This document shows positions 33,204 through 48,200 of a DNA stretch of 64,000 nucleotides, piece after piece (the first letter of the stretch is position 1; each line of letters starts with the position of its first letter). Source of the stretch: Convolutriloba macropyga. Lineage: Eukaryota. The notes under the pieces are model-generated. The model was not told the origin of the DNA. It saw only the letters and a program-made list of their open reading frames with translations, and made no database searches. The stretch lies in assembly GCF_964194025.1 (NCBI RefSeq), contig NC_134472.1:3534001-3598000 (forward strand). The letters run 5' to 3'. The translations under genes were made by a program, and so were the position numbers.

Positions 33204-36200
33204 TCTTTAGTTTAGATAAAAAGGAGTGACTGATATAGGATCAAAAAATCTCTTCACCTTGAATATTATTGAATATTATCAGCAGTTCCTAATTACTATA
33301 GATTACAAACTAAATTACTGCTAAAGTCCAATGTTCGAAAACAGAAGTCAACAATCAAAAACAGGGGTAAATGTTCGAAACTAAAGAAGTCAAAGTGCAA
33401 GTCATGAACAAACTCTAGCTAAAAAAACCTATAGAATACCAATACTCCTCTTGGAGTCGTATAAACTACATTAATCAGCAATAGATCAATTAAAAGTTTT
33501 GACTGCAGTGCCAAGAAACAATATTCAAAAATCTAAAAAAGTTAATCGGCAATCTATCAGCAACAATGTATTGACAGCAACTGCAGTACACCTGCGTAAA
33601 TGTAAAAGTTCTCACTAGTTGAGAAAATCGATTTTCAGAAAAATACAAAAATTGCCCTCTTTTCGTCTAATTTTTGTGTGACAATTTTTTGATCAGATTC
33701 ACAAACAAAACGAAGTACATTATTTGCCATGTCATATGGGGCCAGATAACTCGTGTTCGCAAATCTGACAACTTCTGAATGCACAATTTAACTGACATTA
33801 AATTTAAATTACGCGTAATGGAGTTGTAATGCAGGTAGTCGGTACTAGCGCAGGTTCATTTTGAGAGTATCACTTTTTGGTCTTATCGGTTATTTTTGTC
33901 AAACGCTACTCTCCCCAAAAAGTTCATCTTAAGACTCAGAATTCACATTGTAAGGTTCAACATAAATTTTTAGAATCTTTCTTTTAAAAATCCTTCAGCA
34001 GCTGAATAAAATCAAACTCACAGCATTAAAGTAGCCAGTGGTGCTGAAGAATTAAAACTAAAAACTAAGCTGACTTTTTTCATTAAAGTTCACACTGTTG
34101 CTAATGTTTTTTCCGTTGTTTTGTTTTCAAAAATTATCAACAGCAACTTGAAACTAAAAAAAGAAAGAAAATCTTTCCACATTGAGCCAATGTTTGTTTT
34201 GGCTACAAGATCTCGCATATCGACATTAGGGCAAACAATTTAATTTCCTAATAATCCTCTTGAACAAGTATTAGAGTTTTTACAAAGATAATTTTTTTCT
34301 AAACTTTCAAAAACTTCAAAGTTCATAGTTGTATCTACTGATTTGTTTTTGACGCCCGATAGCGGAAAGATAAACAGTACAAATTCAAAAAAATCTGTTA
34401 GGTATTTCATACTCGTCTTGATTCATTCAAGTCGAAAAATTTGTCTGAAGGGGGCACAGAATCCATTAAAATTTGAAAATGAAAATGAATAGCAACCCAG
34501 TTGGTATTCTTCTTCACAATTTATTGATAAATAGAACATTTCGCTCTCTCAAAATTTCAATCTTATTATTTTCCCTACAGAAAAATTGTAGAATTTTTTT
34601 CTTTTGCGTAGAATGATTAATAAAATAACTGAGGTTTGTTCTGCAATTCATTTTGAATACTTCAGAAAACATTAACTTGCCAAATGGGAAATCATTGCCA
34701 TGCTTTTTCTGAAAATTAAAAAATCTCTTAATTACAATTTTGAAAAATCAAATATAAATAATTTGAGTTGATCATTTCCTGGCAGAATACAATCATTTAT
34801 CAAAACTTCTACGTTCCATCTTTTGAAAACTAAACAGATCTTATTATAGCACAGCGATAATCACAAAATCTCTATTGAAGGTAATCGTTCAACTACAATT
34901 CAATTTCAGATTTTTTTCACACATTTAGTGCGCCCTTGTGCATCCATTCACGGGCGTTTCTCATTTCACTTTGTTGTGAAATGAGAAACTTTGTTGTGAA
35001 ATGAAATTTGTTTATGGTATAAATACAAAAAAAATTATTTTTACCATAAAAAACAATCCTAGGTAAAATCAACATCGTGCTCTATGATAGCTTAATTCGT
35101 CGCCCAAGGATTTTTCAAAGCAAGGTAAACTATGTTTTATAAAATTCATCGGTATTATAAAATCAGTATTATTGTTACATCAGCAGAGGGTGAGGAGCGT
35201 CAGTTAGAAAACGGCAGTCGAAAATATAAATGATGGGCAAAAATTACTTATCCTGTTCTCAAAGCTGGTAGCCACAAAAGCAGGCCATTCAAGCCGTCAA
35301 TCTGCACTACCCGCATTTTTGATACAATTGACTTACCTGTTAACTAAAATAAGAATCCATCACCAGAATCGCGTCAACTGTTGAATCTAATGCTGAATAA
35401 TCAAAATAATGAAATCAATTAACCAACTCCTACAATAATTTGATCAGAAGTTTTCAAACTAAAGCATATAATGAGGCTTTTCTAATAATGGGGCTGTATA
35501 TATGAATGCTGAATAACGCTCCAGTGAGCACGGTAGTGCGTGGCTAAGTAATTTTAAATTAAATCTGAGATTCTTACTCTGTCTCAATGCATGTGAACTC
35601 TGCTTCGAAAAGACACTTTTAAAACAAAAACCAACTAATTGAGAAAGTTGTACCGAATTAGATGTAAACTCCTGTAAATACAATTAAGACCACATACAAT
35701 GTAACCACGATTAAAGCAAAGTTAAGCTAGATTCGGCTGTGCTGTTTATTACATGCGCAAAGAGAAGCGCGAAGACATTTGGCCGCATTGAGTGACCGTA
35801 AAATTAGAAGAGCTGATATATTGAAAACAAATTTGGCTTTCGATTTAAAAATAAAAGAAGATGAAATTACCAAGTCAAAAAAGTTATAAATGATGGTATA
35901 CATTTAAGAAGTGTATACGAAGTAAGCTAGTACAATGTACTCATGAATAACAGATGCCTGTTATTTAGAGGTTGAAGTAAACAATCATTAAAAATTCAAC
36001 AGGTGGGCGTTTATAGAAAACCACAACGTTGTATAAATCTAGCTAGATGTGATACAGTATCATTTCGTTCATGAAACGACCTGCACATGATAGAGAAAAT
36101 AAAGTCTATGAATACAAAAATCTATGAATACCAGAGGAAAGGGATCAAACAAAAAATTTCGAAGTCCGTTAGCACTTTTTTCATTGTTCTCTGCAAGCTC

Positions 36201-36764
36201 TGACATCCTAAAAATTAGTAACCTTGTGACACTACCTTTGTTCAATAAATAAAATAGGATTCTTCTAAAAAAAACAAACACTATCCTGAAAACAGCGAAG
36301 AAGAAAAATTCGAAAATAGACAACACCAGGCTGAAACTTCACTGAATATAGCTGAAAACAATTTGAATTGAGACTTATTAAATCAACAGCGTCTAGGAGA
36401 CCTGATAATAGGTGGTTGATAGGGTCAAGGTAGATAAACGAGTTAAAAGTAAAAAAAAGTTCAAGCCTCACGTAAAAAATTTTCGCAAACACGTTTTCCA
36501 CGCCTACTTCTCTCTCATTGACTGACTTCTGCTCAGCCGAGTAACTAATCACCTGTTTTCACATTCCGGATGACTGCTAAATCAACTTTCACTGATACTT
36601 CACCGACTTAAAAACTAAAGAGCACGTTGCTCCTCTTCAAGTCTTAAGAAAGATCTACGCAGATCTACTTCCTAGAAATCATTGGTTTCATGCTAGTAGC
36701 AAGAAATCTCACGTATCATTTCAAAAATACATTTACTCCCGACAGTAATTGATCATGAGTTTTT

Positions 36765-37895
36765 AGAAGAAAGGTGACCAAATTACAACTTTAAAATTCT
36801 CCGGATCTATTCTGTTTCCCCCCCCCCCCCAGTGCTTTTATGACCCCCAGTTACAAATTTATGTTGTTATATAGCACGTTACTGTGAGAAAAAAAGCACG
36901 TGCGCCTGAGGGTCATAAAAGATTTATGCTCACTAAGGAGAGGGGGGTGTGAAACAGAAAAGATCCAATTCTCCGTGTTTCAACTCAGTACCTCTGCGAA
37001 TAGATGTAAGGACTTTGGTGAGATTTTTTTGATACTAGCATGAAAATACTGCTTTCTAGGAAGTAGATCTTTGTAGATCTTTATGAAGACTTAAAGAGTA
37101 GCAACGTGCTCTTAGTTTTTAATTCGGTGAAGTATCATTGAAATATGATTTAGAGAACCAAGGGTACGAATTTTTTGGTCGCCAAAACTTGAAGGTGCAA
37201 TTAGCAAAAGTGGAAAGCCAAGTTTTGCGGCCCTATCTAAGCGGCCCGCTCGCAGTAAGGAAACATTCGCTGAGCATTCTTGTTACTAGCGCTTCAGGTT
37301 TTGATGGGTAGTGTCGAAAGTATTAGTGGGTTTGGCCTCACCGCTAAAAATTATGTTTCCTTACTACGAGCGGGCCGCTTAGTTACGGCCGCAAAACTTA
37401 GCATTCCACTTTTGCTAATTGCACCTTCAAATTTTGGCGACCAAAAAATTCGTACCCTTGATTCTCTAAATCATATTTCACTGATTCTTCACCGAAATAA
37501 AAACTAAGAGCACGTTGCTACTCTTTAAGTCTTCAAAAAGATCTACACAGATCTAGTTCCTAGAAAGCAGTAGTTTCATGCTAGTAGCAAAAAAAAAAAC
37601 TCACCAAACTCTTTACATCTATTCGCAGAGGTACTGAGTTGAAACACGGAGAATTGGATCTATTCTGTTTCATCCCCCCCCCCTCTGTGCTTAGTGAGCA
37701 TAAATCTTTTATGACCATCAAGCGCACGTGCTATTTTCTCACAGCAACGTACTATATAACAACATATAATTTCTCACAGCAACGTACTATATAACAACAT
37801 ATAATTTGTAACTTGGGTCAAAAAAACACTGGGGGGCGGAAAATGATCCGGAGAATGTTATAAGTGCTATAAGTTGTAATTTGGTAACCTTTTTT
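36765..37895. mobile_element. About 1.1-kb foldback (long inverted repeat) element
   Basis: Arms at about 36765-37265 and 37353-37895 are reverse complements (agggtacgaattttttggtcgccaaaa with ttttggcgaccaaaaaattcgtaccct), with a ~87-bp spacer. A 35-bp tandem duplication lies at 37736-37805 and an extra partial copy at 36580-36712. Confidence 0.85.
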
Positions 37896-37929
37896 TCTCA
37901 GAACAAAACAAGCTCAAACGATCTCAGAA

Positions 37930-40900
37930 CAAAACCATGTTATTGAAAAATAAAAGCAGCAGAAAGAATTGGAAGATAATGCAAACGCGTGCCAGTGTCG
38001 AATCATTGATCAATTCCAATCGGAAGTCGGAAACTTACGGGGCCAGAACAGTTCGCTATTCGAAAAATTAATGGGTCACATTACTCAAAATTCGACTTAT
38101 TTTCTTGGGCGTCGGAACCAAAATTTTTTCCTAAATTTTTTAATAGCAACACTAACCATCGTATATTTTCAGACAGCATATACAATAGAATACGGCAATC
38201 TGATATTTCTTATGATACTGGGATTCATTCTTATCCCTCTTCAACCATTATTGATTTGGGACAAACAGTCGAGCAGTGATCGTCAGGAGCAGAATGTCAA
38301 TCACTCATCTTTCATGCCGGCCACAATAGTATTGATAATGTTGTTTCAGGGGTTGCCGCAGCATCAACCAATATTATGTGAAACTGTTACAAATGCATGA
38401 AAAAAGCTGAAAACTCATCGAGTTCTACTTTCTGAAATTCCACAAGTTAAAAATGGCCATTATGGGCGTGAACTGAACAATTTTGTAATTGAGGAGTTCA
38501 ATAAGCAACTGGGAAAAATTGATTTGGAGTTTAATGGAACATTTAAATGGACAAAGATAGAGAATTTGAAATTCAAAATTACATCGGAAATATCTAATGA
38601 TGGTGTTCACTTAAATTTGGCAGGAAAAAATTTGTCAAGAGCAATCGGAACTATTATCAACAGCATAATATTACTGCATCACAAAACAACATTGCACTGC
38701 GTCAACTTCAGCGTATTTAATCAATCCTTTGGTTGTGTGGCTCATTATTTTCTGTCAGCAAAAAAGGAGCATTTCCAAACTAAAAGTTTTTATTTTACTG
38801 AGCACTTCAAAAATTTATATATTCGGTTGCCACACAACCAAAATTACGATCAATATAATGTGAAAATTAGCTTCCGCTTTTTTTTCGTTTTTTGAATGTT
38901 TGCAAAATTGTTTTGTTTTACACTTCATACGCTGGCTCCTTAGTGGTGATATTGATCTAAATCCGGGTCCCTTTTCTCACATTCGTGAATCGGACATTCG
39001 GATAGACATAGTTACAAGGGATTGAAAAAATCTAACCATTTGCCTCCTGAATGACCGCAGTTTCGAAATCAATATGATTTTTTCACAGAATTTTCGACAA
39101 ATCTAACTAAAAACACAATAGTGATCCTAGCTGAAACTTGGTTGAATGAAAACGGATTCTCATCCAGAGAATTTTTGGAGTCCGAAACACCACTTATATT
39201 CAAATTCAACGTCACCAAAGACAAGAGTAAAAAAAAGTGTGGGGGTGTGGCCATCTGAGTTCCCGGGGACATATCTTCAAAACAGCGAAATGATCTATAT
39301 GTACTCAATGAAGGCTTTTTGAGTCATTATGGGTAGAAATATCTGGGCTATCGTTTAACAAAATGTTAATTAATGCTTCGTATAGTCCAAATATAAACTT
39401 GGGAAACTTTTTCAATGACGAATTAACATTTAATCTTCCTCGGCGTACTCAACTACTAACGACGTTTTGCTCTTTGGCGATTATAATCTCAATTATTTCA
39501 ACAAAAGAATCCACTTTGTTGGATGAATTTGCGAGTAATTCTGGACTTAGTTTATCAGACATAAAAACCAACACGAGTCAATAGCCAAGGCGTATCACTA
39601 ATCGATAATGGGTTTTTCAGCAAAAACCAAAATCAAGAGTTTCATATTTTTCCCATCTGTTGAAATATATCAATTGATTGTTTTGTAGACTACCAATTTT
39701 CTTGTTGGAGCCAAAAATAGGAAGCAAAGTTTTATCAGTAGCAGCATATGAAAGTACAATGCAAATAAATTTAGTCTCGACCTTTCATGTAAGGACTGGA
39801 GTACCTTATATCAATGTGAAGATGGGATTAGCATGTACAATGTTTTCATAAACGTTTTCAGTACTACTCTATAGTTGCACGCCCCACTTATAAATAGTTT
39901 CAACCAGAAAGAAAAGTTGCTGAAAAATCTTGGCTAAAAAAAGCTGAGAGAAGAAATCACGAAAAACTTAGCATTTTTATTATCTGGAAAAAAACCCATC
40001 GGAGCAAGCGCATACCAGTTTCAAATATCAGAATTTTCAATGAATTACCAACAAGTAAAGAACAATGGAGTTTCATCAAGAAAAAATTTTGAAAAGAAAG
40101 GAAGTGTCTAAATAGAAGTTTTCAAAAATTAGGCTTTAAAATTTTGTGAGAACAATAGGCGTATCTCAATTACTCCAATGTTTGCAAAACTCTTTGAGCG
40201 TATACTTCTCAATCAGGTTAACGAATTTACACAAAAAGAAAAAATTTTAAAAAGGTACACAATTCGGATTTCAAAAACATAAGTCTTCTACAGATGCTGT
40301 TTTACACTTTATCGAAGCCTTACAAGAAAACTATGATAACTTAAAAATTGCAGTTGCTGTTTTTATTGATATACCTAAAGAATTTAACTCAATGTCGCAC
40401 GAAAATCATCTCAAAAAGATTGAAGCGTGCGGTTTTTCAGAAAATGCAGTTGATTTTCTTCATTTCTTAAAAACAGACAGCAGTGTGTTAAGATAAATGA
40501 TGTTTACTCAGAATGGTTAAAAACAAATCGTGGTGCTCCACAGGGAACAGTTTTAAGGCCACTAGTTTTTCTCTACATTAATGATTTTCGAGATAAGGTT
40601 CAAGGAAACTTTGATATAATTCAATTTGTTGATCACACAAGTTTCCTATTTTAGCTGAACAATGTCGCCGAGTTGGAAAAATGCGTTTCTCAATACTGGA
40701 GAAAACATAACTAACTAAACCAAAACAAATCACCCATTAATACCGCTAAAACTGAACTTCTGTGCGTCTCGAAAGAAAATGAAATTATTGATCTATTAGT
40801 TTTTCGAGGACAGCAAATTAAGCCAAAGTCACTGCAGATACTTGGGTATAATTATTGATTCTAAAATAAACTTTTATTTAAAACTCAACAAAGTGCTATC

Positions 40901-41705
40901 AAATATTGCCACATCGATCAGATCCATGTACCTTATACGTTATCAGTTACCTCTGAAAGCACGATTGATGCTATTCAAATCCCTTGTGTCCTTTCTCAAT
41001 TCACTTTCAGTGCTCTATTTATTCAGAACTTGAATTTCAATGCAGCGAATTCATCGACAAGTCAATTGGGGAATTAAAGTTTGCTATATGACAAAAAAGT
41101 CTGAGAGATCTCGAGATTTCTTAGTAAAATCTGACATTTTGACTGCACAACCTTTAATAAGCCAGATGCGCGTTTCAAAACTTATGAATGATATCTCATC
41201 ACTGAAATCAGACGGCACTTAGAGTTTTTTCTAAGTGGTAATGACGTAGTAAGAAAAAACAACAGAACTGAACAGCTAATTCTCCTAGGGTCGAGCTGTC
41301 GATCATTACAAAAAAGAAGCACCCAAAAATGGAATAAACTTCTCGTGAGGTCCGGTTTATCAAATCACACTCACAGTTTAAACGCATGTTAAAACAGCAT
41401 CTGCTCCAACAATTCAAACTCGTACCGTTGGAAAGGAACGTTGTTGGCTTCAAAAGTTATTTTTACCTTTAAAAAACGCAACCACTAATTTTGATTTTTA
41501 ACATTGTACTAATTATGTATATAACATTTTAAACTTTTAATATTTTAGCTTACTCAAACTTCATTCTGAAAAATTATCTTGAACCGCTAGGCGGTTCTCT
41601 GTTAACTCCAGCAGTCTCCTGTGACTGAAAGCAGGGTCATGTAACATATTTCAACCCACTCAAAGATATCCTCAAATATTGGGAGTAAAATTCTGATTCA
41701 TTTCA
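37930..41705 (+). mobile_element. Decayed CR1/L2-type non-LTR retrotransposon (ORF1 SGNH esterase; ORF2 APE endonuclease plus RT)
   Basis: Frameshifted fragments. ORF1: FSDSI, SYPSSTI, LIFHAGHNSID, SNDGVHLN. EN: IVILAETWLNE (39118), GGVAI, LFGDYN. RT: ISITPMFAKLFER, QFGFQKHKSSTDA, AVFID, RGAPQGTVLRPL (~40530), QFVDHT, RYLGIIIDSK. Confidence 0.85.
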
Positions 41706-43760
41706 GCTTAGTTACCATGCATTAATAGTTCAGAGAAACAAATAATTTTAATCGGAATACTTTTGCTTTGATGCAAAGTAAAGCAATTGAACCCAGTTTA
41801 ATTTTCGTGTTCGTTCACTGACAGGGTTCATTTTAAATAAAAAAACATAGCACGACAAGTCCTGACGCACAATTCAAAGAATTTTCATTGACTAACCAGA
41901 AAACTAGACCTAGAATGGGCTAAGAGTGAATTGTGAAAATCATTTCTAAAAACGGAAAATCAATGTCAAAAAGCCGTTAGCGAGAACAAAAAACCACTAG
42001 AGAGAAATGTAAAATTGATTCTAACAAACTAGGCATAGAATAAACTATGAATGGATTGGGATAACCATTTAGAAAAAATCCGATCCAAAAAATCGAAAAA
42101 ACTGTAAAAATCAGAGTGAAATTGCCGCATGTGAACAAAAAAAACCACTAGCGAGAAAGCGAATTGTTGTTCAAACACCGTTTTCTCGCTCTATTTTAAA
42201 TTTAGAGCGAATAAATTTCACGCCGCAAAACCACTCGCTTCTTCGCTCCACCACTCCCTGTTTCGGCGTGAAAAAAATCACTACTCCAATTTGACTTCAA
42301 AATCATGAAAATGTGTGAACAGATCTTAAAAAAAACATAGCGGGAAGAATTTCGGAAACCTTTCGAGAAAATTGCCCATACTTATGACTAAACAACTGAA
42401 CAACCATTGTGAACACTGAACATTCAAAAATGCCATTAAAAAATTTAAGGAAGAATATAAACGGCATTCAAACACAAATTGAACAAAACAAACTATAAAA
42501 ACTTAAGATTTTTTAACTTGTTTTTTTTATAGGACAAGGAAACATAAAGCCGAAGAAATTTCCTTTGCAATTAGAGCAATAAAAAGCTCGAAAAACAATG
42601 GGCAAGTCATAACAGGCTAAGAAACTGGTCTAAGATTAAAAAAAAAATTTCAAAAAAATAGGAAAAATGGTTTTAATTTTCTCAATTTTTCTGTCAATTT
42701 TCCTAAGAAAAAACAATAATTTATACCAAGAAAAATTTAGTCAATTGGTATCTGAATATTCCTTAAGCAACAATCTTCTATCTAAATTACACTAAAAGCA
42801 TTAAAACAAAATAACAGGCAAAAAATCATTAAATTTTGTCTAAAAATCAGCAAAATTGATCAAAAATCTCCAAATTAGCATTAAACTCAAATTAACTACT
42901 TCAAACCCTCAATTCCTATCAAAACAAGTCAAAACCTAACACAATAACATACCCGGCAGATTGCTGGAAATAGCTGCCGTTGAATCCAATAAGCATGATT
43001 GGGATTGAAAGAATAGAAGATATCGAAAAAAAAAAGATTTTTGTACAAAAACATTTTTCAAGTCTGATTTATTTTGATGGCATTTCGTAGTTGAACATAC
43101 TTCTGTCTCTTAGAGAGAGGATATAGCGGCTAATATCAATACCAATAAGCATAAGAGATGGTAACTAAGACTTATAGGAACGACGTTCAAATAGCGGGTA
43201 TCTAAAATTGGGCTTTATGGGTTTATCCCGTTTCTATTTCTGACTTCAATTTTTTTATTCTGACTCTGTTCATTTTGAATTGCTTTGCTGAGCAGCTGAT
43301 TTTCGAATTCACTTTCAGCAGAATGAGAGAAGAGAGAAACTAGCCTAGAGAAGTCAAAAAGATTTTACGCAAAATGCTGAAAAAAGCGGCAAAATGGTAA
43401 AGCAAAAAAAAGTTCGACGAAAAAAAAAGGAGCGCTATAATAGCCGGCTGAGAAGATGAGGGCGGCTTTTAATTATAATCAAACCTCATAACCATTAAAA
43501 GTTGCAAAAAACTGCTTTTAAAAGCCGCACGTGAACAAAAAAAATTTACTCGCTTAGAGAATTTTTTCACACATCAATTTTTCGCTCTCTCAAAAACAGC
43601 GGTATGAACAAACACCACTCTCCTTTCGCTCCGCTCTTCACTTTTGTTCAGCACCAGAATCACTCCAAATTTTTTCAAGCGTTTCACTTCCCGCTTCAAA
43701 TTTCACTCCAATAAAATTGATTTAAAAAAGGACTTCTCCAATACTCCTCTTCGAGTCGTA

Positions 43761-43807
43761 AAAAGACAATGCCCCAATACAATTCAAATTCTTTGAATTG
43801 TAAAAAA
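43761..43807. repeat. Short dispersed hairpin repeat (copies at 43761, 44772 and 48139)
   Basis: aaagaca...cccaataCAATTCaaattcttTGAATTGtaaaaaa occurs three times with minor changes. Confidence 0.55.
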
Positions 43808-45280
43808 ATGTTATTAAGTCCATTTCGTTGAGAATGACTGAGCTCTCTTCTTAAGGTTTAGTCTGACTGTGTGACTTTTTCCTCAATAAACCTTCCCTCA
43901 ATAAGTTGTCAGGGAAAAAACAGGAAACATAGCATCCCCCACCAAGAAACATTTTATTGCTAAGAAATTAACTAATCAATTAAATTTTCATGCCAAAAAC
44001 AAGTACCGCACTTTAGCTAAAAGCATTTCTGAGCTTTCTAAAAAAGTGACCAAAGATATTAACTGCTGCACAAGTTTACTAATTCCGGCTAGCAGGCGTC
44101 TGCGGGTCAGTATCCAAAAAGGATTTTTCAAGCAAGGGGCGAGAAGAGTACCAGCACTCTTTGTCATAATAGATATCGATATACAATGATATCATAATAA
44201 CATCAATCAATAGAACTTTCAGAGACATCGGAAAAAGACATTATGCCAAATTGGAAAATTTACTGACATTTAACGCATAATCACTAATCAACCAAAAAGA
44301 ATTTGAAAGAATACTTAGCTAGCCGAGGACAGTAAAACTTCGCATAAACTAAATTTAAAACATAGCTGGCAGATTGCAAGAAAATAGCCGCAATAGCTTT
44401 GTAGATCTAAAAAACAGTAAAAAAAGGCAGACCGAAAAAATTCGACTTTTCATTGAAGGCTAAAATGTTACATTTTGATTCAAAATCTGTATAAGTTTTT
44501 GCTGCCTCTCTAATAGCTGCTCTCTAACAACCTTCATTTAAAGTGACACATACCCATTTGACCTCTTTGAATTACAGTAAATAAAAGTCAATTTCAAAGT
44601 CAGGAAGTCATTTTTGAGAGTGAGGTAGGTCAAGTGTGACCAAAAAGTTAATCACGCAAATGAACAAAAAACTCGCTGCACTAAGAGCGAAAAATGACGT
44701 CACGCAGAAATGGAAACTTGGTTCAAACAAAAAAACTGCGCCTAGAATAAGTGTGTGAACAGATCTTTAAAAAAAGACAGCTCCCCAATACTATTCAAAT
44801 TCTTTGAATTGTAAAAAACAAGAGAAGGCCAATAATAGCCCCAGCTATCGCTATGAGGCAATTAAACAAATTATTTAAACAGACATAATAAACTCTTTGA
44901 ACAAAAAATTTCAATTGAATGATAGAATTTTTATCATCAATTTTGACCATATAAGGTGTTAAATTTGAGTAAGTAGATCAGTCAAAGAACTATGAAAAAC
45001 TCTTCCTTCCAAAACTAAATTATGTCTGAAAATTAACAGAATTCAGTCAACAAATGCAACAAATATCCAAGCAGTGATTTATTTTCCATAAATAAATTAA
45101 AACAAGCACGTTGCAGGTGGTTAGAATCAGCTCTAATCAACATCATCAATGCTATCTCAGCAGTAATTTGAAGATTTTTTTACAAGTTAAAGTTCTTTTT
45201 TGTCACGAGTACATTGCACGTTTTCAGAGAGTAACATTTTTCTCCCTGTTCAAAATTCGGTTTCAAATTGAATTAACTGC

Positions 45281-48200
45281 TCAGCTGCCTGTGTTATTAT
45301 CCTCCATTTCCATTTGCTCGGCATCTCCGCCGTTAGAAGCTAAAACAATACTGTATTTACAAATACATCAAGCAGTGAAGACTGAAAAAGCAAAAATCTA
45401 AATATATCTATCTAGAAATTAAAAATATGCCCAACGTTAAAAACTAATTCTGACTTAATTTTATTTCCAAACAGTTTAATTAATTTAGGAGATCCAAGAA
45501 GTTTCGAGCGCAGCAAGTTTCTCTCTTTTACCCTTCAAAACAGTTCGCAACATGAAAATTTGAACAACAAAAATGCATTTTTGTGCGGGTAACACAACTG
45601 ATCACTACCTAAAAACAGACCAAGCCAAAAACTTTAGATAACCTGAAAAAATTTAGATAAAAATCAACTTAGAAAACACTAACCTACAACCGTCGGACGA
45701 ATAACTCTCGCCGACAGCTATATTGATCCGCACTATCGAGCCTACAAAGACTCAAATTATCAAATTATATCTTACTTATAGCTTTTCAATACAAACCAAA
45801 AGCAGGCTGAAAAAGACATAAACTAAAAGCAGGCTGAAAAAACATAGCCGACAGATTGCCTGAAAAGCTGCGAAATAGACTTGAGTGCCGAATATTACAG
45901 ATTGAGAAGTATACATATATAAGTTAGAAATATTTTAACGCCGCTCAGAAAACGATGTAAAGAACATTTAGCAATAAATTAATAAGTATTGTGAGAAGAC
46001 TTTTTATTAGGGACCTTTGTTACACATATGAGTTACTTTGACCTTAAATTAATTCAACTTCAACTTAAGTATTAAAGTTCAAAATACATTTTATTCAGTG
46101 ATGTAAAACATGTATCATCAAAAATCTAATCGCGCAAATGAACTAAAACACTGGAGAGTTAGAAATGGCGCCAAGCGTGAAAACGCCACGCCGTTAGAAA
46201 GATAACTTTGACTTTATCAGCTTTGCTGTGTGAACAAACGTAAAAAGAGAAGAGCGTTGGACGACGAAACAGAAACGAATAGCAAGACCAGACTTGAAAC
46301 TTTGGATGGATTGAGAAAAACAATTGCAAAGAAATCTCATCAAAAATTCAAAAAGCCGCTTCTTAAACCACAAACGAGAAAGCGAATTTTCGTTTCAAGC
46401 AATGTTTTCTACCTCTATTTTAAAATTAAAGTGAAAAAAATTCACGCCGCATGACCAATCGACTTTTTGCTCCACTTCCTGTTTCGGCGTGACCAAAATC
46501 ACTTCTCAAATTTGGCTTCAAAAATCATGAAAACGCATGCACAAAAAAACAGCAGTACAAGTCCTGAACAGCAGAATTGACTGAAAAACGAATAATCCAC
46601 TATCTGACCAGCAGAACACATGAATATTACCGAATCAAACATACATAAATTTACGCATTCAGATTATAACAATGCCGGCATTCAGAATGTAAACGATTTC
46701 AGGATAAAAATGGTTTTCAATCAAGTTTAGATGGAACAGCAAGGAAGTTTGGAAGCCAAGTAGAAAAATGCGTGATAAATGGCCAGAAAAAGGCAAAAAC
46801 ACATAAGAAATAGCAATAGTATTCAATACAGCTTCTTGATAATTGATGTCAATGTATTCAAAACCAAAGTCAAAATTCTATTAATTACACAAAGGCAGAA
46901 AAAGCTCAAAAAGTATTCATTGGAAACTTGAGTTCCAGAAATTCAAAAAAACTACAAAAATTCAAAAAATTTGAAGCACACAATTATTGCACTTTTCTCA
47001 TACTAATTCATTTTAATTATTCATACTAATTTCATCAAAATAAATTCATCGTAGCTAAAATATGCAGAATGACTGACTAACTTACATGTTTAAAATTTAC
47101 AAAAATAGCTGAAGTAAAAAATGACAAAGTTCTATCTAATGTCCTGAAAAGCAAAATTAAATTGCTAAAATATACCAACTAGCACAATCACAAGTCTTCA
47201 AACAGATTCAATGGCCCCCTGAAGAAAGAAAAACTCGGAAAAGTTTGCAAATTGAAAAAATGGCAAATTGTAATGAAAGATTGCAAAATTTCTATTTTAA
47301 TATCTTTCAAACTATTTTGCTGAAAAATATCCAACAGTTTCTTTTCAGGTTTTAACAAATGGGCCCTATTTATCGAAAAACTCGATTTAGGACAAATTTC
47401 ACCAATACGTGAAGAAAAGCCAAACTTTAATGGGAAGTCACCAAAGTTCCTGATACTAAAATCTAACTTTTTCGACGTCGCTAAACACTGTCTTGAAGAC
47501 CAAGACTTTAGACCAATTCATAAACAAGACTTTAGAGCTCCCAAGTTTTTTAAAAAACCTGAAAAAAGAAAAATCACAACTATAAAAAAATGGCAACTTT
47601 TACAAAAAAGGTGTCAAAATTCCGGATACTAATACCTTCAAAACTATTTCTCTGTCGATTAAAACTGCTTAGTAACATCTCTAAAAACTCTTAAAACGAT
47701 TAACTTGAGCCTAAAGATTATTCAAAAAAACTCGATAGAGGTCTACAAATTTAACAAACTTAGAAAAAATGCAAATCTTAGTGAAAAGTCGTTAAAATGC
47801 AGTATATTTATATCTTCAAAACTATTTGGTTGTGGTTATAGAGTATCAATTAACTCATATGCAAGCCCGGAGAAATATTCATTTGCCCCTAAAGATCGAA
47901 AACCCGAAAAATGACAAAATGAAAATAGCAAAATCAAACTTTTTGTAATTAATTTTGTATTACCAAAACATATACCATAAAAAAACAGATACGAACGCCA
48001 TTTCAAACAGGCACGGAAACCGGCTTGCAAAAGCCTACTATGATCTTTGACCAATTTCAATCAAGTTTATCCCGTTTACCTGTTCATCCCCTTTCGAAAG
48101 CTAAAAGTCATCTGAAAAAGTGTGAAAACATCTTTTAAAAAAGACAGTGTCCCAATACAATTCAAACTCTTCGAATTGTAAAAAACACGAAAACCGCAAT

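Noticed and set aside
37969-38895. ORFs 37969-38400 and 38524-38895 as host genes
   Set aside because: Mixed-frame pieces of the decayed LINE ORF1.
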